From: Candidatus Iainarchaeum sp.
GTDB taxonomy: Archaea > Iainarchaeota > Iainarchaeia > JAADDC01
Assembly (NCBI GenBank): GCA_013154035.1
Contig: JAADDH010000069.1
Span: 5,500 to 69,499 of the forward strand
Reading direction: 5' to 3'
Length of the DNA stretch: 64,000 nucleotides
Made by a program: the position numbers and the translations under genes. Positions 55,518 to 64,000 of this stretch are shown here, one piece after another (within the stretch, counting starts at the first letter, position 1; each line of letters opens with the position of its first letter). The notes under the pieces were generated by a model, which was not told where the DNA came from, searched no databases, and saw nothing but the letters and a program-made list of their open reading frames with translations.

Positions 55518-56112
55518 TTACGATCACCACGGGCGCCGTATTAACATCGTAATACTGCTTGAGAAGGTCCACCGCGCCGACATCTACTGGGAAGTTGATA
55601 TCAAAGGAGAATACATGCACATCGGGGTGCTTGCGCACAATGTCGTCAAGGATATATCCCTGTTCGCGGGATGCGGGATCGTTCTGGCGGTAGAAAAATA
55701 ATATAAGCGTGTAGTCCGTGTTGCAGTCAGCTTTCAGCCTGCGCATGAGCAGATACGCCTTTATCTCCGTCAGAAAATAGTATGGCTTGAGGTAATAGTA
55801 TTCGGGGTTGTTCGTCAGATGGCGGGCCTCGTAGATAGATAGTTTGTGCCCAAACTCTGCAAGGGTCTGCCCTATTTCGTCCAGACGCGTGCCGAGTAGG
55901 TTGCAGTCTTCGGAGCCAGTGGCATTCATGAACTGTTCTTCAACCAAATAGCTGTCCATCTGGAGAACAGTTTGGTGATACAGATCCTCAGCAGCACCGA
56001 TCCGCGCGTGATCGGCAGCCCAACCGACGAGAATGCCCACGCTGACAAGGATCGCAGAGTAGATAAGCGCGGTGATGATCAGATATTTGCGATAACGCTG
56101 AATGCGATCATC
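55450..56112 (-). CDS. Membrane-anchored hypothetical protein (one TM plus an extracytoplasmic domain)
   Basis: Trimmed to MDDRIQ. It has a TM helix LIITALIYSAILVSVGILVGW. It lies between the GT2 and GT-C genes. Confidence 0.4.
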   Translation of the reverse strand, partial: DDRIQRYRKYLIITALIYSAILVSVGILVGWAADHARIGAAEDLYHQTVLQMDSYLVEEQFMNATGSEDCNLLGTRLDEIGQTLAEFGHKLSIYEARHLTNNPEYYYLKPYYFLTEIKAYLLMRRLKADCNTDYTLILFFYRQNDPASREQGYILDDIVRKHPDVHVFSFDINFPVDVGAVDLLKQYYDVNTAPVVIVNDRNKFVGLTPAWKILAAIRQG

Positions 56113-56114
56113 CA

Positions 56115-57356
56115 TTACCAGGACCTCCGAGCGCCAATGATCTCTTGAACGACAGATGCAAGCCATATGATGCCTGCAAGCAAAGGATACAGGGTGATGA
56201 AGACGAAAAACTCCTTTAAATAGAGGGGCTCACGCTCGTTGGGCCGGAGGGAGAGAGAAAATTTCGCAACCACGAGCCCAGTGAGAATCCATACTGCGGA
56301 GATGTAGAGGATCAAATAGTTCTGGGAGAGTGCGAAATCATAGAGATTAAAGCCACTCCAGGTGAGACCTTCGTAGCGCAAACGCATAAGACTCCAATAC
56401 CAGTCCTGCCAACCGGTAGCAAGGGAGAAGATCAAATATAAGATCCACACGGCAACGTACGCGAGAAGAAATGGAAAGAATACCATTCCAAAGAGGTCAT
56501 ACTCGCGCGAGAAGCCGAAGCGCTTCCAGTACTTTACAAAGTTGCGTATAAATCCACGGGACCAGCGAAGGCGCTGCCTCCAGTAATCACGGAAGCGGGT
56601 TGGCACCTCTGTGAACGTAATGCTGTTCGGCTCGAAGAGGATCTGGTAGTGATGCGCTTTGATCCTTAGGGCAATTTCAAGATCCTCGCTGATCTCATTC
56701 TCGTCAAAGAGACCCACTTCTTCCAAAACAGACTTGCGGTAAACGCTAAGAACGCCAGGGGTCACATAGAGGACGTCAATAACTGCCATGAGCGCCCTGT
56801 AGAAATTTGTGGTCAGATACTCCCACCACTGGAGGCGGGCAAGAAGATTATCGGGGTTGCGGACGTGAATTGCACTGGAAACGGCCCCAACCTTTGGATC
56901 AGCGAAATGCGGCATCATCCAGAGGAGGGAATCGCTGGACACGTGGGAATCAGCATCCAGAACGGCAACGTAGTCATACCTCGCATTGCGGATTCCAGTG
57001 TTGACCGCTGCTGCTTTTCCACGGTTCCGCTCGTGCCGAATCAAGCGCACACGATCCGAAACGCCGTTCCTTTGAATGTAATCGTCCACGATCTTTGCGG
57101 TATCATCCTTAGAACCATCATCAACCACAATAATCTCATACGTAGGGTAGTTGAGCGATAGGAGCGAATCAAGGCACTTAGTGACGTTTTTCCCCTCGTT
57201 GTAGGCGGGGACAACAATGGATACTGCGGGCAGATCCCCGGATGCTTGCTTACGGCGGAAAATATCCGGTTCAAGCACGTAGAGGGACAGCCAGACAATT
57301 GCAAAGAAGAAGGACATGAAAACGAGTGCGAGTAGAAGGATCAGAAGCACGCTCAT
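56115..57356 (-). CDS. Processive family-2 glycosyltransferase (cellulose/chitin/hyaluronan-synthase-like)
   Basis: It has VSIVVPAYNEG, DDGSKDDT, a DAD motif and the QRLRWSRG (QxxRW) motif. TM helices lie at both ends. Confidence 0.78.
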   Translation of the reverse strand: MSVLLILLLALVFMSFFFAIVWLSLYVLEPDIFRRKQASGDLPAVSIVVPAYNEGKNVTKCLDSLLSLNYPTYEIIVVDDGSKDDTAKIVDDYIQRNGVSDRVRLIRHERNRGKAAAVNTGIRNARYDYVAVLDADSHVSSDSLLWMMPHFADPKVGAVSSAIHVRNPDNLLARLQWWEYLTTNFYRALMAVIDVLYVTPGVLSVYRKSVLEEVGLFDENEISEDLEIALRIKAHHYQILFEPNSITFTEVPTRFRDYWRQRLRWSRGFIRNFVKYWKRFGFSREYDLFGMVFFPFLLAYVAVWILYLIFSLATGWQDWYWSLMRLRYEGLTWSGFNLYDFALSQNYLILYISAVWILTGLVVAKFSLSLRPNEREPLYLKEFFVFITLYPLLAGIIWLASVVQEIIGARRSW

Positions 57357-57397
57357 GGCTACCCCTTGAAAGAATGTTTGGGTGGTAAAGTATATGA

Positions 57398-59320
57398 ATG
57401 GTGCGCGTTGATTTGGAGGAGCTCATAGCGGCAGTGCTTAGCGAGCGTAGGGCAGAGATATCCGCAGTTCGGAGGGAAATGCAGAGCATCAGCGGCGAGG
57501 AGCGAGAGCGCAGGGGAAGAGCAATCCTCGGACTAAGGGGCAAGGTCGTGGGCGAAATCCTCGGCCAAAAGATCGTGCGATTCAGTAGAGCACGGGAGAT
57601 CCGCACGAACATACGGCCAGGAGACGTCGTGCTCATATCGCGGGGCAATCCACTCCGTGGCGGAACCACAGGCACAGTGGTCCGCGTAGCAAAACATTTC
57701 ATCGAGGTCGCTCTGGATGAATTCTCGCCGTGGATGCGGAGAAATGTGCGAGTGGACTTCTATGTAGATGACACGACGTTCCGCAGATGGCTGGATGTGC
57801 TCAGACGACCGAATGACCGCATAAAAAGATTCCTAAGCATTCTATGGGGCGAAACGACACCGAAAATACCAAAACCTCAGAAGTTCACGCCATTAAACGC
57901 CCGCCTGGACGAGACGAAGAGACGCGCAGTTGCCCTCGCCCTTGGCGTGGAGGATGTGTTCCTCATTCATGGGCCCTTTGGCACGGGCAAAACCACGGCG
58001 CTCGCAGAACTAATTCTGCAGTTCGTAAGACGCGGGAAAAGGGTGCTAGCAACTGCGGAAACGAATGTAGCCGTAGATAACCTCGTGGAGAAACTATGGG
58101 GCAAAGCGAGAATCGTTCGCGTGGGGAATCCCGCGCGCGTAACCCCCGCTCTCGTAAAAACGACACTACAGGCAAAGATGGTAGATGATCCAAGATACGC
58201 AGCGGTAGCAAGCATGAAGGAAGACCTCCAGAAGCTCATGGAAGAAAGGGATAGATACGTAAAGCCTGTGCCGAAATTCCGCCGCGGGCTGAGCGACGAA
58301 CAAATCCTGGAGCTCGCAGAGAAGGGCAGAGGGATACGGGGAGTAAACAAAGAGACCGTGTGGGGCATGGCGGAGTGGATAAAGCGGCAGGAGCAAATAT
58401 CTGAGATGGTGAACGAGATACGGCGCAGGGAAGAGCAGATTGCAAAGAGCATCGTCCGCGAAGCAGACGTGGTCCTTACCACGAATTCCTCTGCCGCGCT
58501 CGACATCGTGGGTGATCGTTACAACGTGGCTGTGATCGATGAAGCGGCTCAGGCCACAATCCCCTCCGTTCTGATCCCGATATCCCGCGCGGACCGTGTG
58601 GTAATGGCAGGCGATCATAAGCAATTACCACCGACCATTCTCAGCCAGCAAGCAAAAATCCTGGAACGGACTGCATTTGAGATTATAGCGGAGCAGTATT
58701 CAGAGGTCGTGAGCATGCTTGAAATACAGTACCGCATGAACGAAGTGCTTGCCAACTTCCCGTCCCGTGAGTTCTACGATGGAAAGGTGAAAACGGCAGA
58801 GGTTGTGAAGCGCATCGGCCCGAAGGATCTCGGGATAAACGAACCGGAAATCACGCTTATCGACACGAGACAGCACCCGTTGAGGGAAGAAAGGCGCCGC
58901 GCCTGGGATCATTCCATAAAGAACATACTTGAAGCAAGAATCGCAAAGGAGTGGGTGGAAAACTACCTGAACAGAGGAGTAGATCCCAAACGAATGGGAG
59001 TCATCACCGCGTACGACGCGCAGAGAGACGTCCTCGCAACAATAATGCCAGACGGGATTGAGGTAAACACGGTGGACGGATACCAGGGACGGGAGAAGGA
59101 CATAATACTAATTTCCTTCGCCAGATCTAATGAACAGGGGAGCATCGGCTTCTTATCGGATATGCGACGGCTGAACGTGGCTCTAACCCGCGCGAGACGC
59201 AAACTTGTGCTAATCGGCGATTTCAGCACCCTTGAATCGCATCCCACATACGCCCGACTACTGAAATACGTTAAGGAACACGGAGAATACGTTTTGCTAC
59301 ATCCAAAGGGGGAGGAGTAG
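57398..59320 (+). CDS. Upf1-like superfamily-1B helicase (Dna2/Nam7 family)
   Basis: Walker A is HGPFGTGKTT. It has motif II VIDEAAQA and a C-terminal GYQGREKDIILIS..VALTRARRKLVLIGD. Confidence 0.78.
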   Translation: MVRVDLEELIAAVLSERRAEISAVRREMQSISGEERERRGRAILGLRGKVVGEILGQKIVRFSRAREIRTNIRPGDVVLISRGNPLRGGTTGTVVRVAKHFIEVALDEFSPWMRRNVRVDFYVDDTTFRRWLDVLRRPNDRIKRFLSILWGETTPKIPKPQKFTPLNARLDETKRRAVALALGVEDVFLIHGPFGTGKTTALAELILQFVRRGKRVLATAETNVAVDNLVEKLWGKARIVRVGNPARVTPALVKTTLQAKMVDDPRYAAVASMKEDLQKLMEERDRYVKPVPKFRRGLSDEQILELAEKGRGIRGVNKETVWGMAEWIKRQEQISEMVNEIRRREEQIAKSIVREADVVLTTNSSAALDIVGDRYNVAVIDEAAQATIPSVLIPISRADRVVMAGDHKQLPPTILSQQAKILERTAFEIIAEQYSEVVSMLEIQYRMNEVLANFPSREFYDGKVKTAEVVKRIGPKDLGINEPEITLIDTRQHPLREERRRAWDHSIKNILEARIAKEWVENYLNRGVDPKRMGVITAYDAQRDVLATIMPDGIEVNTVDGYQGREKDIILISFARSNEQGSIGFLSDMRRLNVALTRARRKLVLIGDFSTLESHPTYARLLKYVKEHGEYVLLHPKGEE

Positions 59321-60125
59321 CGTAAATAGCCCGAACCGCGGCGAAGAGCGGAACTTTCTCAGCAGGCACGCCGAAAATGGAAACAACGTGATGGATCTGC
59401 GCTTCGTGCTTCGCCGTGTTCTTCCTAGCCCGCTCCCACTGTTCCTCAGATACGTTAGACACAACAGTCCGCTGCACATCGCGGAGGATGCGCCGTGGCC
59501 CAGTGTATATCCCATGACCCAGAAAGAGAATGGAAAGGGATACAGGATCCTGGGATTCGGGAGTGATCACAGGGATGGCCTGATGTGATTCAGGGACGTT
59601 CAGTGGATTCCGTGATACCACCGCAAAGTCCAAATCCCCGCCGGGCATAGCAGTGCCCTTCACAACACCGCCAAAGAGCAGGATCGGACGATTAAGCTCC
59701 TTTCGCAGCGCCCTCGCTTCCGAAAGCATACGTGCCAGATGATCCTCTGCAGGGGTGGCAAGGAATGGATAACGGGAAAGTAGACTATCACGCGACGCAG
59801 TGAAAGACTGTACAGGAACGCGCTTCGGACGCTTGAGCTCCAAATAGCGGTGAAGCCACTTGGCAAATTCGGGATCGCTCTCCTGATTCTCCCCAGCAAA
59901 ATGAAGAGCAGTCTTTGCACCAAAGCGAACGACCCAATCTGGATGAGTAGAAAGGGAATACATGCGGCGCAGGGATTCTTCAGATAACGGCGGGCCAGCG
60001 AACACGTCGTTCCGGGCGAGGTGCTTTACGTGTTGAAGTACCTCCCAGCGCTCCGGCTGATAATGGGTAAAAGACCATGGAAACGTCGGGCGAAACTCCC
60101 TAAGGAGCGATCGCGGCAAGGGCAC
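59271..60125 (-). CDS. Minimal nucleotidyltransferase (Pol-beta superfamily) domain protein
   Basis: It has LLFGGVVKGTAMPGGDLDFAVV, the G[SG]-x9-D-x-D pattern. The true start may be the internal MLSEARALRK. Confidence 0.45.
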   Translation of the reverse strand: MPLPRSLLREFRPTFPWSFTHYQPERWEVLQHVKHLARNDVFAGPPLSEESLRRMYSLSTHPDWVVRFGAKTALHFAGENQESDPEFAKWLHRYLELKRPKRVPVQSFTASRDSLLSRYPFLATPAEDHLARMLSEARALRKELNRPILLFGGVVKGTAMPGGDLDFAVVSRNPLNVPESHQAIPVITPESQDPVSLSILFLGHGIYTGPRRILRDVQRTVVSNVSEEQWERARKNTAKHEAQIHHVVSIFGVPAEKVPLFAAVRAIYATPPPLDVAKRILRVP

Positions 60126-61254
60126 TCAGATACCTCCTGCAAACAGCATCTGCGCTCCAGAGTTCCTCCACGAGCCGCCTGCCAAGACGCGAATGCGAAT
60201 CCCATAGCTCGTCATCACGCTCGTAGCGGCGTATGGCAGCCACTGCATCAGCCACAGACTGCACAACGGCCCCGACCGAGTTGCCCGAGAGAATGAAGCG
60301 GTGGGCCCGAATATCACTCATAATTGGAACTGTGCCACTGGCCATCGCCTCAATCACGGGCAGATCAAAGCCCTCAAACGCTGAAAAAGCAAAGAGATAG
60401 CGCGCATGGGAGAGAATGCGAATTTTCTCGTTCTCGTCCACGTAGCCCAAAAACTCCACGCTATCCGGTGCAATGCGCCTAAGATACGACTCATCAGGCC
60501 CGGTCCCTACGATCTTCAAAGGAATGCCTGTTCGTTCGGCAACGCGCAATGCCCATTCCACACGCTTATAACCAACGAGGCGGCCGACGACAACTGCATA
60601 GTCCGCCTTCTTCGCCGGACGGTACAAGGACGTGTCAACACCGTTCCCCACAATCTCCACGCGGAAACCGAGCTCGTCAAGGTAGGGAATAGTGACGTCG
60701 GAAACGGCGAGTGCAAGGGCGGTCCGGTCCCGCACCCTATTAAGCAGAAATCGCTCTATGGAAAGGTAACGCATGCCAACGCGGCCAAAATACCTGCGAT
60801 ATAGCGCAGGGTTTTCATCGTAGAAGGACTGAGCAAGATGGTGAAAAACAATGGCTGAGTGGGGCTTTCGGGGCTGGGAGAGTGCAGCAACATAATCAAG
60901 AAATAAAACAAGATCAGCATCCAGATTTAAGCGAGGAAGCATTCTTTTATCCGTAAATGGGATCTTTCTGGACTGAACGATGTGAACCGAAGCCCCCCTA
61001 AAATCAAAGTCCTCCGAACGCGGTCCAGCAACATATACATCTATGTCGAAGCGCTTTGACAGGCACGGCAGAAGATCCGCGATGAATCGCACTCCGCCGG
61101 CGCGAAAGAAGGCTGCCCTAGATGCGGTATTCGTAGTGAGCATTGCCAGGCGCTGCACGGATAAAGAACGCCCCTTCCGTTTTATAAATTTCCACCGATG
61201 TTTTAGCGTGAACCAGATCCTAGCAATCGCGCTCGCATACATCCTCGGATCCAT
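60100..61254 (-). CDS. Family-4 glycosyltransferase (GT1 group, retaining)
   Basis: It has the E-x7-E motif FEGFDLPVIEAMASGTVPI. Confidence 0.78.
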   Translation of the reverse strand: MDPRMYASAIARIWFTLKHRWKFIKRKGRSLSVQRLAMLTTNTASRAAFFRAGGVRFIADLLPCLSKRFDIDVYVAGPRSEDFDFRGASVHIVQSRKIPFTDKRMLPRLNLDADLVLFLDYVAALSQPRKPHSAIVFHHLAQSFYDENPALYRRYFGRVGMRYLSIERFLLNRVRDRTALALAVSDVTIPYLDELGFRVEIVGNGVDTSLYRPAKKADYAVVVGRLVGYKRVEWALRVAERTGIPLKIVGTGPDESYLRRIAPDSVEFLGYVDENEKIRILSHARYLFAFSAFEGFDLPVIEAMASGTVPIMSDIRAHRFILSGNSVGAVVQSVADAVAAIRRYERDDELWDSHSRLGRRLVEELWSADAVCRRYLSALAAIAP

Positions 61255-61729
61255 CTCTTTTCCGGGGCTCTACGCGCGACTGAAGGGGTTAAATCTATAC
61301 GATCAGGGGGAGGGCCATCTCGGCGCCACAAGTATCTACTCTGCCACAAAATCCCTCCCACTCTTCCTGGCGCTGGGCATACTAGACGCGGCGAAGGGAC
61401 TCGTTGCATATCATCTGTTCGGGACGTGGGGACTCGTAGCAGCAATGCTGGGCCATATGTTCCCAATCTTCTTCAAGTTCAGGGGCGGCAACGCCGTTTC
61501 AGTTTATTATGGGGGAATTTTCTCGATATCTCCGGTGCTGGTCCTGATATGCGCCGGATCAGAGCTTGCAATCTCTCGAATCACGCGGTCAAGGTGGCGG
61601 CACGTAGCATACCTGGTCATTCGCGCAATTCCCGCGGCAATATACCCCATATTAGCGCCTGCATACGCCATACTATTTCTGCGCCACGCCTGGTTCTACT
61701 ATGTCAGATTTCGTCAAGGTAGTTCCTGA
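61206..61729 (+). CDS. PlsY-family membrane protein, paralog 3 (divergent motif 1)
   Basis: A GTG start gives the N-terminus ILAIALAYILGSISF. Motif 3 is GHMFPIFFKFRGGNAVS and LDAAKG is present, but motif 1 is degenerate (GEGHLGATS). Confidence 0.6.
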
Positions 61730-62264
61730 TCTCGACCACTCCGTCGCGATAAACAGCATACTTTGGAAAACGGGGCAGAACAACAAACGGTCCCGCGCGT
61801 AGATAGTGGTGCAAGTGCCCCATAATCACCAGGGGCGCAGGGGCAGCGCTGTGGGCAGAGAGATGTAGAACCGCAGAGCCAAATGCCCTCTCGAAAATAG
61901 AGTCCCTGAAAAATCTACCAAAGGCCATTGTGGGGCCAAAAACGCCAAACTTCCTCGCGGCAGGGGTATACTTTACAAGATACTGTTCAAACAGCCACGT
62001 AACCAGCAACTTATGGCCGTGCGTTAGCATCGTTCCGTCGTCCAGACACAGGGATTCTGGAAGATCCATCCAGTAGTCGTGGTTGCCCTTAATCCACGTG
62101 AAGTCGTAGCGCCTGATGAATCCCCAGTATCTATCAGCATCCTCCGGGGAGTCAAACATATCCCCAAGAAAGATCACATCACTCTTCTCATCCAGGAAGC
62201 GTGAAACTAGCTCCGCGGCAGTAGCATCGTGGATGTGCGCATCTGCAAAGAGCGTTAGCCGCAT
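61704..62264 (-). CDS. Calcineurin-like metallophosphoesterase (LpxH/YfcE-like architecture)
   Basis: It has FADAHIH, FLGDMFD and GNHD. Confidence 0.68.
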   Translation of the reverse strand: MRLTLFADAHIHDATAAELVSRFLDEKSDVIFLGDMFDSPEDADRYWGFIRRYDFTWIKGNHDYWMDLPESLCLDDGTMLTHGHKLLVTWLFEQYLVKYTPAARKFGVFGPTMAFGRFFRDSIFERAFGSAVLHLSAHSAAPAPLVIMGHLHHYLRAGPFVVLPRFPKYAVYRDGVVEIRNYLDEI

Positions 62265-62773
62265 GTACCCACCTGAAAATACTTAACGGTGATTGCAGCC
62301 ACGATCCCCTCTAACAGGGCCCAGTGCGCGTATCCAGTAAAGGGAAGGAAAACCAATAGCGCAATCCTTGCGAACTGATCAAGCCGCTCCCTTTGCTGAC
62401 GGTCGTGGATGATGGGAAGGCGAACAAGCGTGTAAACAAGGTAAGCTACAAGTATTCGAAAATCAACGAGCAATAGGATGCCCGCAGACGTCGCACCACC
62501 ACGGCCCCCACGAAAACGGAAAAAAATACTCCACATATGCCCAATCACGGCAGCGACAGCACCCACTGGCCCGAAGACGTAATACGCAAGAGCTCCCTTA
62601 CCCACGTCCAGCGCGGCGCAGAGTACTGCCCCCGGACGATCGCCAGTCAAAGATAGGTAACGTGCAGCGCCGAGGTTACAGCCCAGATCCCTTCCGCGAA
62701 GGCGGGCAAAGATTTGGCAGAACGTGAGTGAACCGAGCAGATATCCCAGCAGCGCATCCAGCAAGACGTTCAA
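62255..62773 (-). CDS. PlsY-family membrane protein, paralog 4 (divergent motif 1)
   Basis: It has LDVGKG and GHMWSIFFRFRGGRGGATS. Motif 1 is replaced by DLGCNLGAARY. Confidence 0.6.
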   Translation of the reverse strand: MNVLLDALLGYLLGSLTFCQIFARLRGRDLGCNLGAARYLSLTGDRPGAVLCAALDVGKGALAYYVFGPVGAVAAVIGHMWSIFFRFRGGRGGATSAGILLLVDFRILVAYLVYTLVRLPIIHDRQQRERLDQFARIALLVFLPFTGYAHWALLEGIVAAITVKYFQVGTCG

Positions 62774-63360
62774 TGCTTCTCCCCCTGCCAGTATCCATCA
62801 TACGTCTCCTCTGGCTCCGCCTCCAGGCGAATATACACCATCTGGACCCACGCCTCACCAACACGGATCTTCGCTCGGATGGGGACAAGCCACGTCTGTG
62901 TGAACTCGCCCTCGTAGCCGGGGTCGAAAACGGCCGTTTCCACCTTCACAAGTCCGAGTCTGTTTAGCGTGCTTCGAGGGTATGCAAAACCGACGACGTC
63001 ATTCGGAACTGAGACCCTTGGGAACGCAGCCACATAGATGCCTGGTTCGAGGATCCAAAACCCGTCCCTGGGAGGAACCTCTTCGTACGCGTCCCACGTT
63101 ACCGCCTTGCCTGCCTCGAATCCCCTCGTCTTCCCGTCGAGAACCGCCGTCACACCATCAGGAATCCGAAAGATCTTCTTCGGAGCGATATCCACGCCCG
63201 CGGGATTTATTTTTACATACTCGGAGACGTGGTGTGCAACATCCTTGCCAGTCAGGGCCGCCATGTTGAAATAATTGCGATGCTGTTTAAATGCCCTCGC
63301 GACGGTGCAACATATCGAGCCCCCTGTCAGACTTGCTAGAGATGTGACGTTCCCACTCAT
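62770..63360 (-). CDS. dcd: dCTP deaminase/dUTPase family protein
   Basis: It has AYPRSTLNRLGL and VFDPGYEGEFTQ, the dUTPase-like motifs 3 and 4. Confidence 0.6.
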   Translation of the reverse strand: MSGNVTSLASLTGGSICCTVARAFKQHRNYFNMAALTGKDVAHHVSEYVKINPAGVDIAPKKIFRIPDGVTAVLDGKTRGFEAGKAVTWDAYEEVPPRDGFWILEPGIYVAAFPRVSVPNDVVGFAYPRSTLNRLGLVKVETAVFDPGYEGEFTQTWLVPIRAKIRVGEAWVQMVYIRLEAEPEETYDGYWQGEKH

Positions 63361-63886
63361 GCAACAACTGCACCAGATCCCACTGCGCCTTCATACTGCT
63401 AAAATACCCCCTTGCAGGTAGGGAATCGTCGAAGAAATGCACGTTCTCATACCCATAGCGCTTGGCCAGCTGGTGAGCATAATCAATTTTAGACTGTAAA
63501 GTGGGAAAGACACGTATCTGGTAGTTCAATCGTGGAAAAGCAGTTCGTATGAGTGTTTCAAAGCGGTCAAGGGTATTCTCAGGATTGGATGTCACGAAAT
63601 GCACAGGATATCCCTTCTCCTCAGCGAGGCGAAGAACCCGCACGAATTCCGGCCGAAAATGCTCGACGCCGAACTCTCCCTTGGGGAGACGCTTCATCTC
63701 ATCATGCAGTCTAGATCGCAGAGCATCAGCAGGGAACAGGGCATATGCCAGACCGTATGCATAAAGCTGGGGCCTACGAACGAGAAAACGCAACGCCAGG
63801 CGAGGATTCCTCTTAAGAGTTTCGACAACGATTGTCTTTTTCAGAAGAGTTCCGTCAACATCCATGAGAATGACGCGTTGGGGCAC
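63287..63886 (-). CDS. HAD-superfamily phosphatase
   Basis: Motif I is LMDVDGTL. A C-terminal FFDDS is present. Size is 199 aa. Confidence 0.62.
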   Translation of the reverse strand: MPQRVILMDVDGTLLKKTIVVETLKRNPRLALRFLVRRPQLYAYGLAYALFPADALRSRLHDEMKRLPKGEFGVEHFRPEFVRVLRLAEEKGYPVHFVTSNPENTLDRFETLIRTAFPRLNYQIRVFPTLQSKIDYAHQLAKRYGYENVHFFDDSLPARGYFSSMKAQWDLVQLLHEWERHISSKSDRGLDMLHRREGI

Positions 63887-64000
63887 GGAGTAATAATACG
63901 TCAGAACTTAAATGATTTTCATAAATGGTGGAAAAGAGGCGCATGAACGACGTCCTCATACATATGTACACAATACGACCAAAAATTCGCATAGCACATG

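Noticed and set aside
1-64000. Searched for CRISPR arrays, IS/transposase or integrase genes, and tRNA-overlapping att duplications
   Set aside because: No regularly spaced direct repeats, no transposase- or integrase-like ORFs, and the repeats near the tRNAs do not overlap the tRNA 3' ends. There is no evidence that this window is a mobile element.

Overview
This window reads as a gene-dense chromosomal segment, about 55% GC, from a histone-containing euryarchaeon. Clear archaeal markers are TFB, TBP, an archaeal histone, Alba, Hef, Gar1, ribosomal protein S8e, a thermosome subunit, archaeal-type SAM synthetase, type III RuBisCO, cupin-type PGI, an AOR-family (probably GAPOR) oxidoreductase, and an orphan 5S rRNA transcribed together with tRNA-Asp. 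Ribosome-binding sites of the GGAGGTGAT type are strong and operons are tight. The core is housekeeping: gatCAB, gatD-gatE, AspRS, Trm1, a THUMP methyltransferase, a beta-CASP RNase, TatD, TIM, isopentenyl phosphate kinase and Sec61-beta. No CRISPR array, transposase or integrase is visible. The parts I judge most worth follow-up are listed here. (1) A bacterial-type fatty-acid-kinase-like operon, DegV (FakB-like), DhaL/Dak2 (FakA-like) and two tandem PlsY paralogs, plus two further divergent PlsY paralogs inside a glycosyltransferase, phosphoesterase and HAD cluster at the 3' end of the window. (2) An in-frame fusion of a small UPF0200-like P-loop kinase domain to GatE, translationally coupled to gatD. 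(3) A duplicated, apparently structured RNA module of about 95 nt with a covarying hairpin, lying in the 3' trailers of tRNA-Pro and of the 5S-tRNA-Asp unit. (4) Two genes, a DUF460 RNase-H-like protein and mannose-1-P guanylyltransferase, whose conserved N-termini lie upstream of any ATG/GTG/TTG. (5) A HerA-like ATPase next to a wHTH regulator gene that is preceded by perfect 10-bp palindromic operators. Other unexplained loci are a DUF4258/DUF2283 toxin-antitoxin-like pair, tandem DHH phosphoesterases near Hef, an Upf1-like helicase convergent with a minimal nucleotidyltransferase, and several HExxH or unknown proteins. All calls come from reading the translations and the sequence by eye; no database search was possible.
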